The notes under the pieces: model-generated | Databases searched by the model: none | Told to the model about the DNA's origin: nothing | The model's input: only the letters and a program-made list of their open reading frames with translations | Source: a virus | Lineage: Duplodnaviria > Caudoviricetes | DNA: 40,484 bases | Direction: 5' to 3' (one strand) | IMG/VR virus record: IMGVR_UViG_3300036546_000108 | Coordinates: 1-40,484 of that record | Shown here: positions 27,871-37,067 of the stretch, in pieces | Layout of the letters: each line of letters begins with the position of its first letter | Position numbering within the stretch: position 1 is the first letter of the stretch | Made by a program: the position numbers and the translations under genes

Positions 27871-28475
27871 TTGCTTATCCCCTTTGCCTTTTTAATTGCT
27901 CTATATATTGTAGACCTAGAAACGCACATTCTCTTCGCTATTTCAGACTTGCTATCTCCATTTAAAAGTGATTCATATACTTTTTTTACAAAATAAGGCT
28001 TAGTTATGCACTGGTCTCTGTTTTCAGCCTGTTCATTAACTGTTGACCATTTACAATTGTCTGGTGAATATGGACCGTTTGAGTCAATACGGTCAATCGT
28101 CATTCCTTCAGGTCTAACACCCATGTCTGTTAAAAAATTATCAAAAGATTTTTCCCATCTTTCACAAACATAAACACCTTTACCTCCATACCATTTGTAA
28201 TTATCGTTAGAAGTATTACAACATCTTCTTTTCATCTCTTTCCATGTCTTATAAGTTTTTGTCTTAGACATCCCATGCTTCTTGTTTGACAAAACCTCAT
28301 TTCTATAGCACCCACAAGACTTTGTTTTCCCAGTTCGTAACTTCAAAGAATTAACATCAACATATTTTCCACAATCGCAAAGACAATGCCAGATTGCTCC
28401 TGATTTGCTTTTTTTATCTGACAAATGCAAAACAAGAAGCCTGTTGAATTTTTTACCAGATATATCAACGACCAT
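27867..28475 (-). mobile_element. Free-standing HNH homing endonuclease with C-terminal HTH, AT-rich
   Basis: W.C.CDCG, SCGC, W..MK.RC, YGG.G..VC.RW, IDRID....Y.P.NC.W....Q..N. Confidence 0.9.
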
Positions 28476-28476
28476 A

Positions 28477-28530
28477 CTCCACCCCGTGTCTAGTTTTAAA
28501 CACCATACACAGGGTGGAGCGTTGTGTCTA
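28477..28530 (-). promoter_or_regulatory. Promoter TAGACA-N17-TATGGT overlapping a 13-bp RBS-sequestering hairpin for the HNH gene
   Basis: Arms 28519-28507 and 28489-28477 (one G:U); 3' arm contains the GGAG RBS. Confidence 0.7.
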
Positions 28531-28971
28531 TTTCTTTTTTATCTTATCGGCAAGCACCTCTACGCTTTTTATGGCTCCAAGCCCGAGCATACCAGTTACC
28601 AACTCCATTAGGCCGTCAACTGTTACAGGATATGGTGGAAGGATTTCTTTACCTGCATCTAGTGCCGCTAAACTTATCTTAAGCCACAAAGCTGCACCCA
28701 TTGCATATTGCGGAATGAAGTACAGAGCCAAGCTTATGGCGCATACCCTTCCGACCCAATGTCTCCAAGACTTTCCGTTAGCTGCCTCAATCTGGTTAGT
28801 CTGCCACTGCGCTTCCTGCGGTTTCATATCGATCAGCTTCATGCGCTCCTCAGCCTGTAGCCTCTCTTCATCGCTGGTAAATAGGTTGTCCAGCACATTG
28901 CCCACGCTGGTTACGGCAGTGCCTACAGTGGCCTCTGCTGCCTCTCCAAATATCTTAGATAAAAACCCCAT
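28528..28971 (-). CDS. Holin (3TM / GTA-holin-like)
   Basis: D..FTSDEE, Q...N..EA, WR..VG, L.GMLGLG..S.E motifs; upstream of endolysin. Confidence 0.8.
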   Translation of the reverse strand: MGFLSKIFGEAAEATVGTAVTSVGNVLDNLFTSDEERLQAEERMKLIDMKPQEAQWQTNQIEAANGKSWRHWVGRVCAISLALYFIPQYAMGAALWLKISLAALDAGKEILPPYPVTVDGLMELVTGMLGLGAIKSVEVLADKIKKK

Positions 28972-29015
28972 AGACACCTCGTTTTTTCCTGTTTTCTATG
29001 TTTTATCATGAAGGA

Positions 29016-29384
29016 TTATGGCTGTGACGACTCGTACTCCCCGAGCCTGAACCGTATGCCGGTAACAACAACGTCAAGCGCCTCATCATCTTGGCGGTCT
29101 TCAGTTTCCATGTGCATTGCCCTGAAAAGCTCGTCCATCTCGTTGTCAATTGCTATAAAGCTACCGCGACGACTTCCCCCATTATCAGGGTGTTTGTGCC
29201 GTGCGTGTACCAATCGTTGTGCAATCTCTATCACCTCCTCCTTGCCGATGATCTCGCACGCCTTCATAAGCCGCTTATAGCACACTCCACCCATCATCAC
29301 CCCGTTTGGGCATGCCATCTCTCCGATGATGTTGCACTCGTCGTTACACGGCTTCCCGCCGTTGTCCTTGCGTCCTTCGGTCAT
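29016..29384 (-). CDS. Hypothetical protein, possible MazG-like helical domain
   Basis: AR.KHP...E.DEL......DEALD....IRF acidic helices. Confidence 0.55.
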   Translation of the reverse strand: MTEGRKDNGGKPCNDECNIIGEMACPNGVMMGGVCYKRLMKACEIIGKEEVIEIAQRLVHARHKHPDNGGSRRGSFIAIDNEMDELFRAMHMETEDRQDDEALDVVVTGIRFRLGEYESSQP

Positions 29385-29740
29385 TTCGTGGGCTCCTTGA
29401 GATGAGAAAGGTTTCTGTTAAGCCAGTATTTTTGATTGGCCGTAAGCTTATCTTCATTCCCACGATGTAACCTGAAATAGTGATAAACAGCCTTGCAAAA
29501 CGGGACTACGAAACACGCAGTCGGTAGCCACAAGGGAACCGTCAGCACAGCAATAAACGTGGCTAAAAACCACAGCACACCGCAAGCAGCTTCTCTTGCT
29601 GACGCGTATAGCGTCGTGATGATTCCGGACGGACGGACACCAAACTCGAAGTCGATATTGTTCCTTGCATGCCGGTACAGATTCATGACCGTAACCTGTA
29701 CTACAAGATGTTCATCTTCGTGTAATGGCATGTGTTCCAT
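29381..29740 (-). CDS. Membrane hypothetical protein
   Basis: Hydrophobic central segment; coupled to neighbours. Confidence 0.6.
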   Translation of the reverse strand: MEHMPLHEDEHLVVQVTVMNLYRHARNNIDFEFGVRPSGIITTLYASAREAACGVLWFLATFIAVLTVPLWLPTACFVVPFCKAVYHYFRLHRGNEDKLTANQKYWLNRNLSHLKEPTK

Positions 29741-29943
29741 CACCTTCCCTCCCTGATGCGTCGTTCGCGCTCGGCTTCCATGGCTTCGGCATAGCCGTAA
29801 GCCTCTGTTGCTGCTTCTTTAAAATATCCTGTAAACACTTTGCCTGACGATAAATATCCCTGCATGGCCGCACACGCGAACATGTCGAGGCGCTGCTGGC
29901 GGGCGGCATCAACGATGTTGTAGGTTGTGCTTTCGTCGGTCAT
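29740..29943 (-). CDS. Conserved phage protein (RLD.FA.AAMQG...AY..A.AM..ER)
   Basis: Recognisable widespread phage motif. Confidence 0.75.
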   Translation of the reverse strand: MTDESTTYNIVDAARQQRLDMFACAAMQGYLSSGKVFTGYFKEAATEAYGYAEAMEAERERRIREGR

Positions 29944-30299
29944 GCCTTCACCTTCCTTTTGAACACCAGATAGGCGTTGCATATGGCCTCGGCTATGGTA
30001 TCCCCTGCGAGGTCTGTATCTGCACCAAGCGGGCCACCAACGCAGTTCCACCGCCCGCTACAGGGTAGGGACATGATGGCAAACGACACCTCCGTACCCA
30101 TGGCCCGGAACACCGCCGCCATTTCGTCAGCCAGCTTTCCAGCTTCATTAAGGTCTGTGGCATAGGGCTTGGGTGTTCTCCGAAGGGCTAGGCTTCCATC
30201 TGGAAGGAATCGGCCATTGTGAAAGAAAAGATCACCGCGTACGGTGTGGGCTTCACCCCTCGCCTCAGCCACCTTCGCCGAAAGTTCATCGTTGGTCAT
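29940..30299 (-). CDS. NinX/ABA-sandwich-like phage protein
   Basis: EL..KVAE, P.YATDL..A, T...AIC.A.L. Confidence 0.7.
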   Translation of the reverse strand: MTNDELSAKVAEARGEAHTVRGDLFFHNGRFLPDGSLALRRTPKPYATDLNEAGKLADEMAAVFRAMGTEVSFAIMSLPCSGRWNCVGGPLGADTDLAGDTIAEAICNAYLVFKRKVKA

Positions 30300-30541
30300 A
30301 CCCCAGCACCTCCATCAAAAGCTAATCCAGGACACCCAACCTCTACAGTGTTCTCCTTGATCCACTCCATAAATCCTTGTGAGCTTGCTTCATGTGACTC
30401 AGGCATTTCGGAGCTTTTGTCCCGAGGCAATGCAAACATTCCCAACTCAGAGAAAGCAAGAATCATCACATCGGCATTGGCACACTCGTTGAGTGCAAAT
30501 TTGAGCTTCTTTACCGCTTTAAGTTGCCTATCGTTCATCAC
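30296..30541 (-). CDS. Hypothetical protein
   Basis: Coupled ORF. Confidence 0.6.
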   Translation of the reverse strand: MMNDRQLKAVKKLKFALNECANADVMILAFSELGMFALPRDKSSEMPESHEASSQGFMEWIKENTVEVGCPGLAFDGGAGV

Positions 30542-30837
30542 TCCCCCGCGTTGGGTTGTTCATTTTGTTTGCTCTCAGGAACCACTACCGTGTATCCCCA
30601 CGGGCCAAGCTTGAGTGTAATTCTGACCTCATTCTTGCCGTCTTCAACACGGTGCATTTCACAGGAATCAATCCCCTTGTAGGCACCAAGCATTCCGGCT
30701 GCGAACCAGAAGACGCACATGAAGCACATGGATATTGTAGCGAGTGAAACTGCTATACCTCGTAGTCCAAAAACATTCATTGCAAGGTACGCAATAACAC
30801 CGCACAAAGAGCTAAGAACCAATAGATTAATTGCCAT
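30538..30837 (-). CDS. 2-TM membrane protein
   Basis: GGAGG RBS; two hydrophobic helices. Confidence 0.6.
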   Translation of the reverse strand: MAINLLVLSSLCGVIAYLAMNVFGLRGIAVSLATISMCFMCVFWFAAGMLGAYKGIDSCEMHRVEDGKNEVRITLKLGPWGYTVVVPESKQNEQPNAGE

Positions 30838-31016
30838 CACTTCCTCCCTCCGTTCTTCTTCCACCAGTCCCGCACCATCTGGTGGTACGGGCATTCCTGA
30901 ACCTCTACCAATTTCTTCGCCGTACCAGACTTACCGGCCCACGTTGCATACCCGTAGCACTTGCCAAAGTTCGCACACGGTAGCTGGCTGGCGTGAGTGT
31001 CACAGGGTTTAGGCAT
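30837..31016 (-). CDS. Small Cys-rich hypothetical protein
   Basis: GGAGG RBS; TGATG coupling. Confidence 0.55.
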   Translation of the reverse strand: MPKPCDTHASQLPCANFGKCYGYATWAGKSGTAKKLVEVQECPYHQMVRDWWKKNGGRK

Positions 31017-31551
31017 CCCACACCCTCCCGAACATGTACCGACGTACAGCATCTTGTGCCTCCTGGCATCCCTTGGCCACAACCACTGCGTACCCTGCTT
31101 TGTTCAGACGCTCGATCATCTCTTTCTGCTCCTTACTCAGATTTCCACTTTTGGTCCGTTTCATCTCGATAAATAGGCCATGCTTTCCAAGTCTGGGCCA
31201 TGCAAAAAGTAAATCAGGCACTCCACGCACACATCCTTCCGCTTTTAGGTCTGCCGCCGTCTTTTTGTGTCTCATGCCGCCATTAGGGATAGCAAACAGA
31301 AGCCCTCGCAATTCCTCCGGCAACCACAGCCTTGCCCACTCGACAAAAGCCACCTGCTCTTCATGCTCAGTCGGAACATCGGAATTTCGCTTCATAGCCT
31401 CGCATTTCACCTTAGCCATACCATCTATCACCTGTGCCGTTTTCGTCGATCTCCGCTGAGCGTCGTGCGGTTTTTTGCTATACGCGTCCTGCTTGCGAAT
31501 CCACTTATCAAGTCCACCGGCTGCGTGTATCTTGGAGACTGGTATGGTCAT
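31009..31551 (-). CDS. VRR-NUC domain nuclease (putative Holliday junction resolvase)
   Basis: EH.EQ, FAIPNGG.R, G...GVPDL, FIEMK, S.EQ. Confidence 0.9.
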   Translation of the reverse strand: MTIPVSKIHAAGGLDKWIRKQDAYSKKPHDAQRRSTKTAQVIDGMAKVKCEAMKRNSDVPTEHEEQVAFVEWARLWLPEELRGLLFAIPNGGMRHKKTAADLKAEGCVRGVPDLLFAWPRLGKHGLFIEMKRTKSGNLSKEQKEMIERLNKAGYAVVVAKGCQEAQDAVRRYMFGRVWDA

Positions 31552-31552
31552 G

Positions 31553-32905
31553 CTAAGCCAACCCGTTGTCGTCGCTGTTGCCGCGAGTCTGAGCAGGCTT
31601 GCTGCATAACCCGTACACGTCGTTCTGAAAAAGTTGAATGCGCCCGTCAAACTCAAGGTTTGCAACACCCTGGCCACTACTGCGGCCTTTCTTAACGAGT
31701 GCCTTTACCCCACGCGGGCTTTGCTTTTCGTCTCCAATCCCCTGCAAAAATATAACAATATCAGCGTCTTGTTCTATTGCGCCTGACTCGCGAAGGTCAG
31801 AAAGCATCGGCTCACGGTTTGCGCCTTCGCTCTGCCGGTTCATCTGGGCCAGCAAAAGTACCGGTACACCAAGCTCACGTGCCAGCAATTTAAGGCTTCG
31901 GCTCATCTCGGCAACATCCTGTTCGCGGCTACCACTTTGTTTCTCAGGCCGCAGCAACTGCAAGTAGTCAACAACGATCAACCCCAGTTTTCCCTTAACC
32001 GCACAGTGCTTGGCGAACTTGCGCACAACAGCGACGGTACAGTTTGCCTTGTCCAAAATCTCAACGGGATGCGTTGTAACAGGGGTTGACGCTTCTCGAA
32101 GCATTTCAAGTTCTGACTGGGTCATTCCCTTGCGGAATTTTCCGTACTCAACAGCCATCGTACTTGCCAAAATGCGGTTGCGTATCTGGCGGCTCGAAAC
32201 CTCAAGGGACACAAACGCGACTGATTTTCCAGAAGCGGCCACACTGTTTGACCAGTTCACAGCAAGCGCCGTCTTACCAGTCCCCGGTCGACCAGCCAAA
32301 ACTATCAACTCTTCAGGCTCAACACCGCCATTCAAAACACGGTCAAGATATTCCCAAGGAGTCTTGATTAGCGTTGCCTCTGGTCTTGATATGCGCTCTT
32401 GCAGCTCTTCAAAATAATCGGTCCATGTATCCAGCGACTCATTCAAAGATCCTGAGCGCATGTCTTTTTCAAGCTGCGCCAAATCTCCTGCTATCTCATC
32501 AGGACCGTATGTTGGAGAACCAGCTATCGCACTCGCGATACCCTGCATTGCAACCAGTGCTGTTTGACGCATATGTTCCGCATGTACAGCCCTAGCACCA
32601 TTCAGCACATCATGCTCAAATGCCAGACCGTTGTTGAACATTGACGCTATACCAGCGCTTTCACCCATCTGCACAAAGACATGCGAATTGGAAGCCCTGA
32701 CAAGCTGCGCTACGCGGTAAACGTCAATTCCGCCCTTCTCTGTAAAACACTGATTAAGAGCTGCCGCCATTGATGCTGCCGGTTCTGTCCTGAAACTTGA
32801 AAGCGGACATTCCGAAAAAAAGTCTGGCACCAAGTGCGGATCACGCACAGCCTTTGCCATGAGTCCAGATATGGCGTTGTATTCAATCTCTGCTCTATCG
32901 CTCAC
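31553..32905 (-). CDS. dnaB: DnaB-like replicative helicase
   Basis: GRPGTGKT, SLE, IVVDYLQL, LK.LA.EL.VPV, AQ.NR, LSDLRESGAIEQDAD. Confidence 0.95.
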   Translation of the reverse strand: MSDRAEIEYNAISGLMAKAVRDPHLVPDFFSECPLSSFRTEPAASMAAALNQCFTEKGGIDVYRVAQLVRASNSHVFVQMGESAGIASMFNNGLAFEHDVLNGARAVHAEHMRQTALVAMQGIASAIAGSPTYGPDEIAGDLAQLEKDMRSGSLNESLDTWTDYFEELQERISRPEATLIKTPWEYLDRVLNGGVEPEELIVLAGRPGTGKTALAVNWSNSVAASGKSVAFVSLEVSSRQIRNRILASTMAVEYGKFRKGMTQSELEMLREASTPVTTHPVEILDKANCTVAVVRKFAKHCAVKGKLGLIVVDYLQLLRPEKQSGSREQDVAEMSRSLKLLARELGVPVLLLAQMNRQSEGANREPMLSDLRESGAIEQDADIVIFLQGIGDEKQSPRGVKALVKKGRSSGQGVANLEFDGRIQLFQNDVYGLCSKPAQTRGNSDDNGLA

Positions 32906-33671
32906 TGTGGTATTTCTCCTCAATCACGTTCGTGAAGTTACTCTGCGTCACAAGCCATTCAAGCGTACAAACAAACGGAGCCCTTCCTGGTGAATTGCGC
33001 TGCCCCATTAGGAATGGTGACTTGCGAACGTATTCGAAATATCGTTTCCAAAAATCAAGGTTCTGTCTATCAGCCCGTTCTCTCCACCTTGCCCTTAAGT
33101 GCTTCTGGCGCTTTTCGTTCCACGACTTGACCCTTGGAAGCTCTGGTAAGACCTCGTGGTATAGGTCGACAATAGCCTGGTGAGGGCATTGGTCTACAGC
33201 CTGCTGTGGACAAGTACCGATAGGTACTAATGTCTTATTCTCTTCATTCTTATAATGCTCTTCATTCTTGTTTGTGGTTGTTTGATGGTTGCTTGATGGT
33301 TGCTTGATGGTTGCTTGATGGTTAACCTGTTGGTTAGTTGGTGGTTGGTCTTGTTGGTAAGTCTCCCATTTTATAATAGCAATTACGCTAAATTTGTTGG
33401 TTGGCTTGATGGTTAAAAATTCAAGATTTTCCAAAACTTTTAGCGATGTTCTGATACGCTGTTGTGTCGTGCGCAACTCCTTTGCTGCTGCAATTCGTCC
33501 AAACACAAGTTGCCCCGGTTCAAGCTCAACGATCTGTTTCCCGACAAGCTGTTTGTGCGGCTTATGTGATGCCTTGAGGAGGCACCACGTCATAAGCTGC
33601 CACGCCTCGGCGTTCTGAAGTAGGCCAGAGTCTAAACTCTTTCGCCATAGTTTCACATAGCCACGGTGCAT
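32895..33671 (-). CDS. Phage replication initiator (lambda O-like)
   Basis: GYVKL.RK, GQ....R winged helix, low-complexity linker, YHE.LP.LP...FL.G....LEWL....NF.K/N.E..Y; upstream of DnaB. Confidence 0.85.
   Translation of the reverse strand: MHRGYVKLWRKSLDSGLLQNAEAWQLMTWCLLKASHKPHKQLVGKQIVELEPGQLVFGRIAAAKELRTTQQRIRTSLKVLENLEFLTIKPTNKFSVIAIIKWETYQQDQPPTNQQVNHQATIKQPSSNHQTTTNKNEEHYKNEENKTLVPIGTCPQQAVDQCPHQAIVDLYHEVLPELPRVKSWNEKRQKHLRARWRERADRQNLDFWKRYFEYVRKSPFLMGQRNSPGRAPFVCTLEWLVTQSNFTNVIEEKYHSER
33235..33416. repeat. Probable replication origin: tandem 11-bp iterons TTGATGGTTGC (33282-33323, 3 full plus 1 partial; related copy near 33404) beside a CTCTTCATTCTT x2 AT-rich tract
   Basis: Read directly; inside the initiator gene as for lambdoid ori. 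Confidence 0.8.
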
Positions 33672-33674
33672 GTG

Positions 33675-33830
33675 CTATTCCTTACCAGGTTTAGGCGTTT
33701 TCCATAACCTGCTCTTGCAAGATGGGCACATGCGGACATTTTCCACAGGCTGTCGAGGCTCCCATTCGTAGTCGCATCGTTGGCACTTAGCCATCACGCG
33801 CTTAACCTCTACGACAAACTTAGAATTCAT
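33675..33830 (-). CDS. Small Zn-finger protein (C.RC..EW.PR....CP.CKS..W)
   Basis: AAGGAG RBS; CxxC pairs. Confidence 0.75.
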   Translation of the reverse strand: MNSKFVVEVKRVMAKCQRCDYEWEPRQPVENVRMCPSCKSRLWKTPKPGKE

Positions 33831-33914
33831 TATCTCAACTCCTTTTCTTAATAGCTGATAGGTAAGTTTTCCCACAAAACGACAGGGCCGTCAAGACTTG
33901 TCGGGGGACTTATT

Positions 33915-34139
33915 TTAGCTCCAATCAGCCCACGAGATGAACTGCCGTGCAGCCTTTTCTCTTGCATCGTAATGCATTATATTTCGCCAACCGAGTGTTT
34001 CGCTGTGATAATATTCAATGCGCCACGTTGCATATCCTGTGAACAGATGACCGTCTGCGCAAAATGGATTTTTCAGCGGAGGAAATACTCTGTACTTTCG
34101 GCCTGACGGTGCGTCAAACTCAACTGGTTTGCATATCAC
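33915..34139 (-). CDS. Hypothetical protein
   Basis: AAGGAG RBS before GTG. Confidence 0.6.
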   Translation of the reverse strand: MICKPVEFDAPSGRKYRVFPPLKNPFCADGHLFTGYATWRIEYYHSETLGWRNIMHYDAREKAARQFISWADWS

Positions 34140-34284
34140 GTTTCTTCTCCTTGACCATCTTCGCCGCGTTCCTCAACCACACATCGCGCTTCCCTTCCAG
34201 CGCATGAGTCCTGCCGGTCTCGCGCCGTGCATCGCGATCCATGTCCACGAAACGATAGTTTTTACAGTATGGCAATATTGTCAT
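34120..34284 (-). CDS. Small hypothetical protein (54 aa, MTILPYCKNY...)
   Basis: Fills the gap; GAGG RBS; translated manually. Confidence 0.5.
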   Translation of the reverse strand: MTILPYCKNYRFVDMDRDARRETGRTHALEGKRDVWLRNAAKMVKEKKRDMQTS

Positions 34285-34447
34285 TTTTTATATCCTCTTC
34301 CCATTCCTTGGCGTATTTTCGCGCATCGTCTTTTGACATTCCATTGGTTAAATAATCGCTTTTGCCATTTGCGTAATGAATAGTGACCCCAAATGTTCCT
34401 TTACCGTCTTCGTGAACCACAATATTTGGAGTTGATAAGTCATGCAT
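34262..34447 (-). CDS. Hypothetical protein
   Basis: GGAG RBS; starts 1 nt after the upstream stop. Confidence 0.55.
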   Translation of the reverse strand: MHDLSTPNIVVHEDGKGTFGVTIHYANGKSDYLTNGMSKDDARKYAKEWEEDIKNDNIAIL

Positions 34448-34448
34448 T

Positions 34449-35162
34449 TTACAGCTCCAGCTCTGAAAGTTTTTTGTTACCATAAAAGCGCCTGTTACTT
34501 CCTTCAGGTATTTCATTTTCCCACTTAAGCATAAGGGCCCACAAGTCAGGTCTGTTGTCCTTGACAGCCTTGAGCGATGCCTTTGGCTGTAGAGGGCAAC
34601 AAAAACACGAAACGCGGTCCATGAATTCGTACAAACCTCCCCAGTCAAAACCATGAGACTGACAGTATTTTAATGCGTCTTTTTCAGTCATTCCCCATTC
34701 AATAAGAGGGTATCGGAAAAACCATCCGAAACTTTCAGCAGGTGTGGGACGGTCTGCTTCGTCTGCTGCATATCCTATGCACTTTGTCATCACTCCTGGG
34801 ATGTCCATATACGACATCCCACGCATGTAATAGTCCATTGCGCGTGTCTTTTCCCTCGTGCACCATCTACGCATTTTGCTGGGCCAACCGTTTCCAATGC
34901 GGCATACTTCCCCCTTGCTTGGTCCCTTTGACGCAACTATTGGGCGCTCAGTAAGCCAGTAGTGAAACGGCTTCTTTGGTTTAAGCTTTATGACTTTTAC
35001 CCCTGTGTACTTTTGAAACTTTTCAACATGATCGTACATTTCTGGGAATTCCCATCCAGTATCAAACATGACAGCCTGTTCTATTGGCTCATTTCTTTCA
35101 AGCATTCCAAGAATCAAAGCTGACGAATCCTTTCCACCGCTAAAACTTACAAAATTACGCAT
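34449..35162 (-). CDS. PAPS-reductase-domain (adenine nucleotide alpha-hydrolase) protein
   Basis: SFSGGKDS PP-loop, DTG.EFP, RWCT..K, G..ADE, YPL..W, R.SC.CCP. Confidence 0.9.
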   Translation of the reverse strand: MRNFVSFSGGKDSSALILGMLERNEPIEQAVMFDTGWEFPEMYDHVEKFQKYTGVKVIKLKPKKPFHYWLTERPIVASKGPSKGEVCRIGNGWPSKMRRWCTREKTRAMDYYMRGMSYMDIPGVMTKCIGYAADEADRPTPAESFGWFFRYPLIEWGMTEKDALKYCQSHGFDWGGLYEFMDRVSCFCCPLQPKASLKAVKDNRPDLWALMLKWENEIPEGSNRRFYGNKKLSELEL

Positions 35163-35502
35163 GTTCTTCATCCCTCCGATGAATCCAAATTGTTGAATCA
35201 CTACACAGCACTAATGCTGAAGTCTGGTAAAGTGCCTCAATAAGCCGCTCAGCAAGAACGATTGCCTTATCTCTAATTCCCTTATTGTCAGATGGGAAGC
35301 GCGGGTAATTAACAAGCCGACAAATAACGCCACTTTCAAGCCCGCCTGTGTAAGCAAAATCTGCCGGAACAATGGTCACACATGCACCAACATCATTGCA
35401 AAATTTTCTGCAAGCAGCCCTAGCTGTGGGCAGGTCTCCAGCAACACATACTTCCGCTGTATATGTTGGGACAATTTTAGTTTTTACATCATTATTTACC
35501 AT
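35155..35502 (-). CDS. Conserved phage protein (YTGG.E.G....L.NYPRFP)
   Basis: Motif recalled from phage hypothetical proteins; overlaps the PAPS-reductase start. Confidence 0.75.
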   Translation of the reverse strand: MVNNDVKTKIVPTYTAEVCVAGDLPTARAACRKFCNDVGACVTIVPADFAYTGGLESGVICRLVNYPRFPSDNKGIRDKAIVLAERLIEALYQTSALVLCSDSTIWIHRRDEEHA

Positions 35503-35510
35503 ATGGATTT

Positions 35511-35780
35511 CTACCTCAACACGTTAGTTTCAGCGGCCCTGTCAGCGGCCTGCATGTCAACGCCCATCTCAACGAGCATGTTACGGTACGCCTCTGACCG
35601 TAGCCGCCATTCCTCGCACCGTGTGGTCAGGCCGGAGACTATGCCGTCAACGGCGTCAACGTGTTCCGAGAACTGGCGCTCATACTCTTGCGCCACTAGA
35701 CTTTTAGTCGTGACGTGAGAGATGGTGGTGCCGAGCAGGAATGCCACGATGACAACGATGGTGATGTGTCTGTATTTCAT
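35511..35780 (-). CDS. N-terminally anchored membrane protein
   Basis: N-terminal TM helix, then helical domain; GGAG RBS. Confidence 0.65.
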   Translation of the reverse strand: MKYRHITIVVIVAFLLGTTISHVTTKSLVAQEYERQFSEHVDAVDGIVSGLTTRCEEWRLRSEAYRNMLVEMGVDMQAADRAAETNVLR

Positions 35781-35789
35781 GTCGCTCCC

Positions 35790-36194
35790 CTAGAAGCCCA
35801 ACACGGGGTCAACTTGACGGTACAACCCACGCCCATACTCGTCGGGCTGGATCTCTCCGGTAGCCCACGGGTCAAACGACATTCCAAATCCTGTAGAACC
35901 GTAAAGAGGCTTCACATTTCCATGCGCTCGATAAGGCGTAGTTTGCACATCAGACGCGCACTGTTTGGCTAGCTCACCAGCTTTAACACTTCCGCACTCT
36001 TGAGAGCATACTTTCTGTTCTGGCCTGTTCCTTTGAAAGCTTTTTCCGCATACAGGACATTCAACCCATGGTCTCTTTGATTTTCGTGCATCGTTTCCGC
36101 ATTCCCGCGAGCAGTAGACAGCAACTCTTTTTGCCAACCTATTGGGCTTTGCATAAAACTTTTTACCACACCATCCGCATTCTACCGTAGGCAT
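35790..36194 (-). CDS. Tandem treble-clef Zn-finger protein
   Basis: Two C..CGK.F....CS.EC repeats. Confidence 0.75.
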   Translation of the reverse strand: MPTVECGWCGKKFYAKPNRLAKRVAVYCSRECGNDARKSKRPWVECPVCGKSFQRNRPEQKVCSQECGSVKAGELAKQCASDVQTTPYRAHGNVKPLYGSTGFGMSFDPWATGEIQPDEYGRGLYRQVDPVLGF

Positions 36195-36195
36195 A

Positions 36196-36435
36196 CTACA
36201 CCTCACCTCTCTTAATCTTCTTGATTGCTAGCTGCTGCCAGCGCTCGGCGCATTCGCACTGCCCGCGGGTCTTGCAGCTTCGCAGAATTTCCAGTGACCG
36301 AATATAAAGCGGATGGTTAGGAATGTGTACAGTGTTGAATGAGTTATCGTTTTCGCATCTTGCCATGTACCTGTTGATAGCGCAAAACAACGCAGCAGCC
36401 AGTACCAAAAGAATGATTGCGGGTATGTATTCCAT
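36196..36435 (-). CDS. Small membrane-anchored protein
   Basis: N-terminal TM helix; GGAGG RBS. Confidence 0.6.
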   Translation of the reverse strand: MEYIPAIILLVLAAALFCAINRYMARCENDNSFNTVHIPNHPLYIRSLEILRSCKTRGQCECAERWQQLAIKKIKRGEV

Positions 36436-36437
36436 AA

Positions 36438-36578
36438 CTACCCCCTCCCACCTTCGCGCACGACGCGCAGTTGCTTACCTTGCCCCATTATGCCGCGCAG
36501 TGCGTCCATCACCTCTTCCAGTGTTCCTGTAACAATCGTCTCGCGGCTGCCGTCGATCTTCTCGCTCAGTGTCCACAT
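36438..36578 (-). CDS. Small hypothetical protein (46 aa, MWTLSEKIDG...)
   Basis: GAGG RBS; fills the gap; translated manually. Confidence 0.55.
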   Translation of the reverse strand: MWTLSEKIDGSRETIVTGTLEEVMDALRGIMGQGKQLRVVREGGRG

Positions 36579-36602
36579 ATGATTACCCTCGTTTCTTCCT
36601 GT

Positions 36603-36914
36603 TTAGCGGGTGTAGTTGGTGCGTTCAAAGTACCAGTCAAAAATTCCTTCCATGTACGGGCTTTCTCCGTCAGCGATGTATTCCTTGGCGTTATTTTCGT
36701 TCATGTTGAAGTCTGCACAATTTTTGGCCCACTCGCTCCACGGCTGAACCTCAACATATTTGATGCCGTCAAATTCAAAAACGTTCAGTCCAACAATCGG
36801 AATCCCGTTTTCGTGCAGCGCATCGTATGCGATCTGGCAGAACAACCGGCCTCCAAGTTTACGCGGTTCGTTGCATATGGCGCACGCCTTGTTACAGCTT
36901 GGGAAGTCTTTCAT
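36603..36914 (-). CDS. Hypothetical protein, first gene of the leftward arm
   Basis: GGAGG RBS; downstream of promoter. Confidence 0.7.
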   Translation of the reverse strand: MKDFPSCNKACAICNEPRKLGGRLFCQIAYDALHENGIPIVGLNVFEFDGIKYVEVQPWSEWAKNCADFNMNENNAKEYIADGESPYMEGIFDWYFERTNYTR

Positions 36915-36947
36915 CTCGTTGCCTCCATCGGTCAGTGTTGATGAGCC

Positions 36948-37038
36948 AAAATACCACGGTCACAATCTGCGTCAAGCGAAAATTCATGATGAGGCCATGT
37001 TTTTTTCATGTTGACACCATGTGGATTTCGTGTAGAGT
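36948..37038. promoter_or_regulatory. Divergent promoters: leftward TTGACG-N16-TATTTT, rightward TTGACA-N16-TAGAGT
   Basis: Back-to-back -35 boxes (36970-36975, 37011-37016) at the strand switch. Confidence 0.65.
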
Positions 37039-37067
37039 TGCCGAAACAATGACGCAAGGAGATTTAC

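Noticed and set aside
33282-33323. Tandem repeats as a possible CRISPR array
   Set aside because: Contiguous 11-bp units with no spacers, inside a coding region; they fit iterons.
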